A DNA stretch of 64,000 nt, taken from NCBI GenBank assembly GCA_965237905.1, contig OZ250172.1, positions 992,001-1,056,000 on the forward strand. Direction: 5' to 3'. The stretch is from Nitrospinaceae bacterium (GTDB taxonomy: Bacteria > Nitrospinota > Nitrospinia > Nitrospinales > Nitrospinaceae). Under the pieces are notes generated by a model that was not told where the DNA came from, did no database searches, and saw nothing but the letters and a program-made list of their open reading frames with translations. The stretch's first letter is position 1. Each line of letters begins with the position of its first letter. Below are positions 19,870 through 28,347 of this stretch, piece after piece. Position numbers and translations under genes: made by a program.

Positions 19870-21026
19870 TAGAAAAGAAAATCTTTTTACCATCAAAGAG
19901 TGCTGAAGTTCCATTTAAGCTTACAAGCAAATTTTTCATTTTAACGCCTCCAGAATGCCCTGCGTATTTTGGAGGTACTTCCCTTTTGGAGCTACCCTAT
20001 TTTGAGAAATCCGCCATTGCTTCTAATAAGCCAGCAGAAGGGGGAATTACTCCTAATGAGCATGAAGAGATAAAACCATTAGAAGTACTCCCTATTGTCG
20101 TGGATAAGGTTTCCCTAGTTATGGATATTAGACCAGAAGACAGGGAAGGTGTTAAGAGCCTCTTCACAAACATCCGAGCTGAAGATCAACAGAATGGGAG
20201 CCTACATACATCGTATGCCCCCAAGGGTATGTATGATTTTGCTTTTAATTACAGGCTTGGTCCTCTTCCGATTAAGGGTAAAGGAGGTAAGGATACTTCT
20301 AATCTCCTGATCCAGTTAGACCCTAAGTCTCCTAAACGTCCTTTCCTCAGGTTTGAGTTCAATCCCAATGCTGTCGGTATAAGTGGAGTTGAAAAAGCCC
20401 GGAAATTCCTTGAGGAGGCTCTCGATTTCATAAACACGCATGGGGACTACCCGGATGTCAATGAAAGGATATCTATAACCAGACTCGATCTGGCAGTGGA
20501 TGTCAGTGGAGCCTCGATGGAGGATTTACTGTTTTATAAGCCGGGACTTCACCAATGGGAGGTTTACAGGCTTAATGGTAAGGGTTTCATCCAAACTCAA
20601 TACCTCGGTTCCTCTAAAAGCAATACGAATTTTTGTGTGTACGATAAAAAGGCTCAGCAAAAGAAAAATGGAAAAGGGGAATTATTAAAGGAATGTACTC
20701 GAATTGAATGCCGAATTTCAAAAAAATCGACCCCATTAGTTTCCATTCTTGAAATAAAAAATCCATTTAAAAATTTAAAAGTTCTGGATGCCCGGCTTGT
20801 GGAGGAAGGAAATCGTTTTAATGAGAAATATTCATTATTCATTGACTCGGTTTATAGAAGAGGAGTGGCGGGGGCCTTGAAATTAATCAAAGATAAAAAA
20901 ACCCGTTCAAGTTATCTGAAAATCCTTGAGGATAACGCAAAGGTTGATTGGTGGCAGCCGGACAAGATTTTTGCGGGCCTGCCTGAGGCATTGGTAAAAG
21001 CGGGCCTTTCACCTTTTAATTCGTAG
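19863..21026 (+). CDS. Replication initiation factor (Rep_trans-like)
   Basis: LRFEFNP, ITRLDLAVD, TQYLGS, FCVYDKK, TRIECR motifs. Confidence 0.7.
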   Translation: MLVEKKIFLPSKSAEVPFKLTSKFFILTPPECPAYFGGTSLLELPYFEKSAIASNKPAEGGITPNEHEEIKPLEVLPIVVDKVSLVMDIRPEDREGVKSLFTNIRAEDQQNGSLHTSYAPKGMYDFAFNYRLGPLPIKGKGGKDTSNLLIQLDPKSPKRPFLRFEFNPNAVGISGVEKARKFLEEALDFINTHGDYPDVNERISITRLDLAVDVSGASMEDLLFYKPGLHQWEVYRLNGKGFIQTQYLGSSKSNTNFCVYDKKAQQKKNGKGELLKECTRIECRISKKSTPLVSILEIKNPFKNLKVLDARLVEEGNRFNEKYSLFIDSVYRRGVAGALKLIKDKKTRSSYLKILEDNAKVDWWQPDKIFAGLPEALVKAGLSPFNS

Positions 21027-21079
21027 TGCCATTAATTTCAATTTTAAACTAATATTTTTAATGATTAAGGTTTTTGATT

Positions 21080-21556
21080 ATGAAAAATTCACAAAATGTG
21101 AAGAAATCTAAAGGATTATCGCCATCGCAAGTCAAGGCGGCCACCCTTTTAGTATCGGGTATGTCTGCCACAGATGTAGCGAAGGAGATCGGGATTCATC
21201 CTTCCACAATTTCGGTTTGGAAGACTGATCCCCAATTTGAATCAACCATGAATGTCCTTCTGAGAGAACAGAGGGATGCTTGTAAGGAAAAATTACGCGC
21301 TTTAGGGCATGATGCTTTATCCGCCATTGAGGAGATTATGAAAAACGGCAAAACTCCTGCTAAGGAGAGATTAACCGCCGCTTTGAAGATAGTGGAGATG
21401 CTGGGTATTGAAAATCACTCAAAAACTAGAATAGGTAAGTTGGATATAGATTACGCTAATTTCGATGTTCTCGATAATACAGACCATGAAAAGCTACTGG
21501 AACTAAAAGACCTTGAGGCATATTTAGGAAATGATTTTGAAGAAGTTGAACAATAA
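21080..21556 (+). CDS. HTH protein (phBC6A51/small-terminase-N-like)
   Basis: LSPSQVKAATLLVSGMSATDVAKEIGIHPSTISVWK followed by helical region with RLTAALKIVE. Confidence 0.65.
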   Translation: MKNSQNVKKSKGLSPSQVKAATLLVSGMSATDVAKEIGIHPSTISVWKTDPQFESTMNVLLREQRDACKEKLRALGHDALSAIEEIMKNGKTPAKERLTAALKIVEMLGIENHSKTRIGKLDIDYANFDVLDNTDHEKLLELKDLEAYLGNDFEEVEQ

Positions 21557-22152
21557 TCATGGTTGATTTTAATACCTGTATTGATTTAATTAATATTTAA
21601 ATTAAGAAGAATTAAGGAGAAAATTTGCAACTAATTGCAAAATCTGGATATGGAAAAAATTAATAACAAAATTAGGAAGGAGAATTAATTGTATGTATGT
21701 ACAGTGATGGTACTCGCCAAACAGGGGCCGCTGTCAGGTGAATACCATCACAGATCAATATAAACTTCGATTTGCGAAAAATCCTTATCATTCTCAAAAC
21801 TTAACGGATGAACAAAAAATGGCGCGGGCAGAGAAATTAAAAAAACCCATTCACATCCAGAACTACTGGGGGAAAGTGGCTTGAATTTGCCGCATTTCCT
21901 CTATCCCCGCCTCCAAGGTCGGAAAATCAAAGAAGCCATATTTTTTGCGAATATTTCCATGCCCAATCCAAATGGGGGTAAACTCTATTAAGCCTCTACC
22001 CTGCTGAAATTCCCCACCTTGCAGGCAATCTCCTGAATCCCCTAAATATGGAAATTTTCCCCCTATTTGCACAGAACCCCCTCCTGTAAATCTGAAGAAG
22101 AAAGATTACCCACTTAAATTTGACATACTAAAATCCAGAAGTTAGCCTATAA

Positions 22153-22187
22153 ATGCTATCTATAGTCTGTCGATTAATAGGGTTCAT
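22153..22187 (+). promoter_or_regulatory. C-box-like operator upstream of the controller-like gene
   Basis: ATGCTATCTATAGTCTGTCGATTAATAGGGTTCAT, a 35-bp site with TATAGTC-nGT core, ~20 bp before the ATG at 22207. Confidence 0.5.
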
Positions 22188-22206
22188 GAAAGCTATCTTA
22201 GCTTGC

Positions 22207-22431
22207 ATGAAACGACAGACTTCAAATGTAAAATTAGGGCTGGCAATCCGCAAGGAAAGAAATAAACTCGGACTCTCTCAAGAAAAATTTGCCGAGAAAG
22301 CGGGTCTCCACCGTACCTATATCGGACATATTGAAAGAGGAGAGAAAAACATAACTGTTGGGGGACTCTTGAAAATAGTTAAAGCATTAGGAATCTCCGC
22401 CTCACAGCTTCTCGCTAAGGCAGGTCTTTAA
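22207..22431 (+). CDS. XRE-family HTH, R-M controller (C) protein-like
   Basis: IRKERNKLGLSQEKFAEKAGLHRTYIGHIERGEKNIT. Confidence 0.85.
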   Translation: MKRQTSNVKLGLAIRKERNKLGLSQEKFAEKAGLHRTYIGHIERGEKNITVGGLLKIVKALGISASQLLAKAGL

Positions 22432-22446
22432 TGAAAGTTTTTTCTT

Positions 22447-23130
22447 ATGAAAAATCATCTCAAGATTTCCACTGTATATCTATATCTCCTGCTAATTATT
22501 GTCCCTTTGCTTGGAGTTCAATGTAAAGGCAATACAGAAAAGTTTAATGAAGGGTTGGCTGCATATGAAGCAGGCTATTACCAGAAGGCTCTTAATATAA
22601 TTAAACCTCTTGCTGAGCAAGGATACCCTGATGCTCAATTCAGTTTGGGGAAGATGTATGGCAGCGGTAAGGGAGTCCCAAAAAATAACACCAAGGCTTT
22701 AAAGTGGTTCCGCAAAGCGGCAGAGCAAGGACATACTCTAGCCCAGACCATACTTGGAGCCATTTATCTCTGGGAAGGTGGAGGAACACCCAAAGATTGC
22801 GCGGAGGCGGTGAGGTGGTACCGCAGGGCAGCAGAACAGGGATACTCCAATGCCCAATTTTCTTTAGGAATCATGCATCAAATGGGTTGGGGAATACCAC
22901 AGGATTACGTTCAGGCTTACAAATGGTTTAGCCTAGCTGCTTCTCACTCTCAAAATGGTCCAGATCATGCTCGAATGGTTGCTGCGGGATTGGCTGGAAA
23001 ACATAAACCTGAAGATTCTGTTAATAAGCGAGAAGAAATAGAAACAGAATTGACCCTAGATCAAATTGCAGAGGCTAAAAAACTGGTAAGTGAGTGGAAA
23101 CCAAAATCTTTGGAAGAGTTGTCATTGTAA
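22447..23130 (+). CDS. Sel1-like repeat exported protein
   Basis: Repeated AEQGxxxAQxxLGxMY...G.G..KD...A..W..KAA; hydrophobic N-terminus ending in Cys. Confidence 0.9.
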   Translation: MKNHLKISTVYLYLLLIIVPLLGVQCKGNTEKFNEGLAAYEAGYYQKALNIIKPLAEQGYPDAQFSLGKMYGSGKGVPKNNTKALKWFRKAAEQGHTLAQTILGAIYLWEGGGTPKDCAEAVRWYRRAAEQGYSNAQFSLGIMHQMGWGIPQDYVQAYKWFSLAASHSQNGPDHARMVAAGLAGKHKPEDSVNKREEIETELTLDQIAEAKKLVSEWKPKSLEELSL

Positions 23131-23184
23131 AATAGGAAATAATCGTTTACGTAATTTGCATGAAATCGCGTAAGAAAAGTATTT

Positions 23185-24105
23185 TCATGAGTTCTCTTCA
23201 GGCTTTCTTTTAAAAGGTTTTAATATTAGATTGTCACCCTCCTCTTGAATATAATATTCCTCAGTAAAATTAATACTTCCCAGCGATATCGGATTCCGAG
23301 CTAAATAATTGTGGATAAATATAAAATCCCTTTCTGGCGGCACGGTTGTCCAATGGCCGGGTGCTTTATGGGAAAATAAAACTCCAGAAATACCCGTATA
23401 GTCATCCTTGCCTTCTTTCATAAAAACCGAAGTTTCTATTCCCCTTTCATTCTTTTTAAAAATAACCTCCCTAAAACTATAAGAGGTTTCTGTTTCCGTC
23501 TGGTTTTTAGAAAAAGTAACGGTTAAATCCCCCACAGGGTAAAGTGCTTTTACGATCAATGGAATATTATTAGGAGGCGGGGTATCTTTCAAGTAATGGC
23601 TGTGAATGGCAATAATATACGGATCGGATTCTTTAATGGTGCCATTTTCTAATCTTTCTTGATATTGGTTATTTTTAACGTCAACAGCATTGGTATACCT
23701 GAGGATGATTTGTTCGTTTGGCGCCAATTGCGCCATTCCTTGTGTCGCTCTGCGTTCTGGAACCTGATCAGCCCCCTCCCCGCGTTGAGGCATAGTAGCC
23801 TCAACCCAAATTAGACTTTCTCCGCTCTCAACACAAATATCTGGTTGATCTATTTCTGTCTTTCTTAAATTAAATCCATTTTGTAAAAAGATTATCCCAA
23901 GAAACATTTCCCACCAAAATGGAAAAAATTGCTTTTGGGCATCTTCTCTAAACTGAGGATTAGCATAAGGATGGAAAATCTTCCAAAGTTCCTCTGCATG
24001 TTCTCTCCATTCAAGATCACCGTCATTGTCGCCATTTCTGACAATTGTATAGTTGCCATCCTCTTCTTCATTTTGAGGAAGGAAAAATGAATCGTTTTGA
24101 GCCAT
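23185..24105 (-). CDS. Hypothetical protein, possible PD-(D/E)xK-like fold
   Basis: 306-aa ORF with WEMFLG...QPDICV...IWVEAT. Confidence 0.65.
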   Translation of the reverse strand: MAQNDSFFLPQNEEEDGNYTIVRNGDNDGDLEWREHAEELWKIFHPYANPQFREDAQKQFFPFWWEMFLGIIFLQNGFNLRKTEIDQPDICVESGESLIWVEATMPQRGEGADQVPERRATQGMAQLAPNEQIILRYTNAVDVKNNQYQERLENGTIKESDPYIIAIHSHYLKDTPPPNNIPLIVKALYPVGDLTVTFSKNQTETETSYSFREVIFKKNERGIETSVFMKEGKDDYTGISGVLFSHKAPGHWTTVPPERDFIFIHNYLARNPISLGSINFTEEYYIQEEGDNLILKPFKRKPEENS

Positions 24106-24395
24106 AAATCACCTATTAATGGAAAAATCCCAAAACGAATATTAACTTATGGCCGCCAAAACGACAATGGGGCTCTTGGTGTGTGATGGAGGGAAAAGGG
24201 TAAACTTCAAAACCATGTCCCGTCCTCCCTCTTCTCTAGACTGGGCTAATCGCGGAAAATGACCTCCTGCAATTAAGTGCAATCCTGAAAGAATGACCTG
24301 CCCTCTCCACACTTTCCCCAAAACGGCAATTTCCTTGATCCGACCCCCGAAAACCCATAGAATACGGCCACTCTATTCCACTTAAAAGACTGGTT

Positions 24396-25994
24396 ATGGC
24401 CCGAAAAAAGGCTAAAAAAGCCTCTAAAACAAAAGCTTCCACTCCCAATGGCAAGCTGGAGATCAAGGAACTCGAAAGCTGGCTATGGGAAGCGGCCTGT
24501 GGTATTCGTGGTGCCCTCGATGCCCCCAAATACAAGGACTACATCCTCCCCCTGATTTTCCTGAAACGCCTGTCTGATGTCTTCGATGATGAAATTGACC
24601 GCATGGCGGAGGACTTTGGCGATCCGGAAACCGCCCTCGAAATGGCCAAAGAGGATAGAGACCTCATCCGTTTTTGGGTCCCAAAGGTTTCCCGGTGGAC
24701 CAAAATCCGAAAACTGACCAATAAGATCGGGGAGAAATTGACCGATGCCATCCGGGCCATCGCCAAGGAAAACCCTCGCCTCCGAGGGGTAATCGATAAT
24801 GTGGATTTTAACGCCGCGATTGCCGGAGAACGGATCATAGGAGAGGACAAACTTTCCGCCCTGATCGAAACCATCAACCGCATCCGCCTTGGACTCAAAG
24901 ATGTTCAACCTGACATTTTAGGCCGCGCCTATGAATACCTGCTCCGTAAATTTGCCGAGGGACAGGGACAAAGTGCGGGAGAGTTTTTTACGCCTCCAGA
25001 GGTGGCTTGGGTCATGGCTTACTCAGTGGCTCCCAAAGAAGGGGAAAGCGTCTATGACCCCTGCTGTGGATCGGGAGGACTTCTCGTAAAATGCGAACTC
25101 TTGGTTGATGAGAAAGCCGGTGGAAGCCGAAAGGTCAAGAAACCTCTGAAGCTTTATGGTCAGGAAGAAAATAATACCACCTTTGCCATGGCCAAAATGA
25201 ATACCATTGTTCACGACATGGATGCGGAAATTAAAATTGGGGATACCTTGCGGGCACCAAAATTTCTGGAGAGCACCAGTTTGCAAAGGTTCGATATGTT
25301 GGTGGCCAACCCCATGTGGAATCAGGACGGGTACACGGAAGCCTTTTACGATGCCGATCCCTACGAACGATTCAAATTTGGTTTTCCTACCGCTGGTTCG
25401 GCGGATTGGGGCTGGGCGCAACATATGACCGCTAGCCTTACCGACAAGGGCCGGGCCGCCATTGTATTGGATACGGGAGCGGTCTCCCGTGGTTCCGGGC
25501 AAAAAGGCACCAACCGGGAAAAAGAAATCCGCAAAGCCTTTGTGGAAAAGGATTGGATTGAAGCCGTGCTTCTTTTGCCCGACAACCTGTTTTACAACAC
25601 CTCCGCTCCGGGGATTGTATTGTTTCTCAAAAAGGCCAAATCCAAAAAGAAACGGAAAAATATTTTATTGGTGAATGCCTCTCAGGAATTTGAAAAAGGC
25701 CGCCCAAAAAACTTCATTACTCCAGATGGTATCCAACGAATATCAAAAACCATCGGAAAATGGAAGGAAGAAGAGAAATTCAGTCAAATCGTATCAATCG
25801 AAGAGGTTCAGAAGAACGATTACAACCTTTCTCCTTCCCGATATATAGAGGTGGTGGAAGCGGAAACCCACCGTCCCAATGAACATATTTTATATGATCT
25901 GGAACAGGCCGAAAAAGAGGCCAAAAGTGTGGACAAGGAACTTACGAACATCCTGAAAAAGATGGGTCTCAAAGCGGAGGCTTATGATGCCTGA
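24396..25994 (+). CDS. hsdM: Type I R-M methyltransferase subunit M
   Basis: YKDYILPLIFLKRLSD, GEFFTP, YDPCCGSGG, ANPMW. Confidence 0.95.
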   Translation: MARKKAKKASKTKASTPNGKLEIKELESWLWEAACGIRGALDAPKYKDYILPLIFLKRLSDVFDDEIDRMAEDFGDPETALEMAKEDRDLIRFWVPKVSRWTKIRKLTNKIGEKLTDAIRAIAKENPRLRGVIDNVDFNAAIAGERIIGEDKLSALIETINRIRLGLKDVQPDILGRAYEYLLRKFAEGQGQSAGEFFTPPEVAWVMAYSVAPKEGESVYDPCCGSGGLLVKCELLVDEKAGGSRKVKKPLKLYGQEENNTTFAMAKMNTIVHDMDAEIKIGDTLRAPKFLESTSLQRFDMLVANPMWNQDGYTEAFYDADPYERFKFGFPTAGSADWGWAQHMTASLTDKGRAAIVLDTGAVSRGSGQKGTNREKEIRKAFVEKDWIEAVLLLPDNLFYNTSAPGIVLFLKKAKSKKKRKNILLVNASQEFEKGRPKNFITPDGIQRISKTIGKWKEEEKFSQIVSIEEVQKNDYNLSPSRYIEVVEAETHRPNEHILYDLEQAEKEAKSVDKELTNILKKMGLKAEAYDA

Positions 25995-27278
25995 TAATTC
26001 TGGGTTTTTGAAGAAGTTTACTTTAAGGACGGGTGAAGCTTTCCCTAAAGATTGGAAAGTTGATGACGTTGAAGATTGCTTTGATTTGCAACAGGGAAAG
26101 GCTTTATCCCGTAAAAATAATAAAGGAGTCTCTCCTAAACCATTTCTTAGAACTGCAAACGTCTTTTGGAATCAAATCGACTCAACCCTTTTAGATGAAA
26201 TGGATTTCAATGAAAATGAGATCAAGAAATTAGCGTTGCAATATAATGACGTTCTTGTTTGTGAAGGAGGTGATGTAGGAAGAACAGCCGTCTGGAAGGC
26301 TAAGGGTTTTCTTTGTTTCCATCAGAATCACGTTCATCGCTTACGTTATAAAAATGGAAAAATAGAGCCCAATTTTTTTGGGTTTTGGATGGAAGCGGCC
26401 TTCAAGCTATTTTCTTTTTATAGTGGGTCAAGCAACAAAACAACGATAGCGAACTTGTCAGGAGCAAGATTAAAGGCCTTTCAATTTCCAAGGCCCTCTC
26501 TCCCGGAACAAAGAGCGATAGCAAAGGTATTATCCACCATCCAACAGGCCATTGCTGCTCAGGATAAGATTATTGAGCATACCCACGAACTCAAAAATGC
26601 CCTTATGCTCAAACTCTTCACCGAGGGATTGAATGGCGAACCTCAAAAACAAACAGAAATTGGCCCTATTCCAAAAAGCTGGAAAGTTGTACCTATCGAT
26701 GAAGTTCTTACATGTGGTCAATATGGACTTTCGGTTAGAGGGGAAACTGAGGGTGAAATTCCTATATTGCGAATGAATTGCCAAATAGATGGCAGAGTTT
26801 ATTTTAGTGACCTGCAATACGTCAATTTGACTTCAGAAATATTAAATAAGTTCCTACTTAAAAAGGGGGATGTGCTTTTTAATCGTACAAATAGTTATGA
26901 GCTAGTTGGGAGAACCTCAATTTTTGATTCTGGCCAAAATGTGTTTTTGCCTCTTATTTGATTCGGCTACAATTCAAAAAAGACAAAATGCTTCCCGAAT
27001 TATTTAATTATTATTTTAATATGGACGAAACACAAGTGCGTTTAAAAAGGATTGCAACACGAGGGGTAAGTCAATCAAATATCAGCGCTAGCAAACTAAA
27101 GGGATTCCAGATTCCATTACCACCTATTAAAGACCAAATCAAAATAACTCAAATATTAAATCCAATTTCCCAAAAGATAGATACGAATGTATCGAAAAAA
27201 TTTATTTTAAAAGATTTATTTAATTCCATTTTAAGTAAATTAATGACCGGTCAAATCAGGGCTACCAACTTGATCTAA
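25984..27278 (+). pseudogene. hsdS: Type I R-M specificity subunit S, split by a 1-nt frameshift at ~26936-26948
   Basis: ORFs 25984..26961 and 26958..27278 join into PSLPEQRAIA...IGPIPKSW...FASYLIR...PLPPIKDQ...LMTGQIR with one added base. Confidence 0.85.
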
Positions 27279-27295
27279 AATTAGGGGAATGAAAA

Positions 27296-28327
27296 ATGGC
27301 ATTATGGATGGTAAGGGCGGGAAGGCAGGGACTGCATGAAAATCTAGCTTTGGAAAAGGGACAGATAATCATCGGATGGGATGAGTTGCCGGACGTTTCT
27401 TCAATCCAAACCCCTGAAGAAATGAAAAATTTATGTGAAGAGAAATACCCAAACTCCTCCAAAGCCCAACTCGGTATGTCCACCGGACAAATCTGGAAGT
27501 TCAAAGACCGGATCAAGGTGGGCGATTTGGTGGTGCTTCCCCTTAAAAGCCAGTCAGCCATTGCTCTGGGCAAAGTAACCGGTCCCTACAAATATCTTTC
27601 CAATAACCCCTATGGGGCCAAGCATACCCATGCGGTGAAGTGGGTCCGAACCGATGTTTCGAGGAATGATTTCGGGCAGGACCTGCTTTCTTCCATGGGA
27701 GCTATCATGACAGTTTGCCAGATTAGGCGGAACGAAGCGGAGGAAAGAATCAAATCAATGCTGGATGGACAAAAGGATCCGCATCTTGGAGCCAAGCTCC
27801 CATCCATCGGGGAGGGGGAAGATGATGGAGGAGAGGAGGGAATTCCTTATAATCTTGAAGAATATTCTCAGGATCAGATTCGCAAACATATTGAAGCCCA
27901 TTTTAAAGAGCATGAATTAACCCGGTTGGTTTCTGCCATCCTTAAAGCTCAGGGTTACCAGACCTATATGGCCCCTCCCGGTCCGGATGGGGGAGTGGAC
28001 ATCATAGCGGGTCAGGGTCCCATGGGGTTTGATCCCCCAAAATTATGCGTTCAGGTGAAATCCGGATCTTCCCCCATGGGTGTGACCACGCTCCGGGAAC
28101 TTCAGGGAGTCATGAAAAACTTTGGAGCCCATCAGGGATTGTTTGTATCTTGGGGAGGGTTCAAGGATACCGTCCGCAAGGAAGCAAGGACCCTGTTTTT
28201 TGAAATGCGTTTGTGGGATTCAGGGGATTTGGTCAAAAGTCTTCTGCAAAATTATGAAAAATTGTCGGATGAAATCCAAGCAGAATTACCCCTGAAAAGA
28301 ATCTGGACTTTGGTTCAGGAAGATTAA
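27296..28327 (+). CDS. Mrr-like (type IV) restriction endonuclease with N-terminal sensor-like domain
   Basis: GPDGGVDIIA...CVQVKS catalytic motif, GLFVSWGGF; N-terminal LWMVRAG...GDLVVLP. Confidence 0.85.
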   Translation: MALWMVRAGRQGLHENLALEKGQIIIGWDELPDVSSIQTPEEMKNLCEEKYPNSSKAQLGMSTGQIWKFKDRIKVGDLVVLPLKSQSAIALGKVTGPYKYLSNNPYGAKHTHAVKWVRTDVSRNDFGQDLLSSMGAIMTVCQIRRNEAEERIKSMLDGQKDPHLGAKLPSIGEGEDDGGEEGIPYNLEEYSQDQIRKHIEAHFKEHELTRLVSAILKAQGYQTYMAPPGPDGGVDIIAGQGPMGFDPPKLCVQVKSGSSPMGVTTLRELQGVMKNFGAHQGLFVSWGGFKDTVRKEARTLFFEMRLWDSGDLVKSLLQNYEKLSDEIQAELPLKRIWTLVQED

Positions 28328-28347
28328 CCCTAATCCATCACCCTAAT

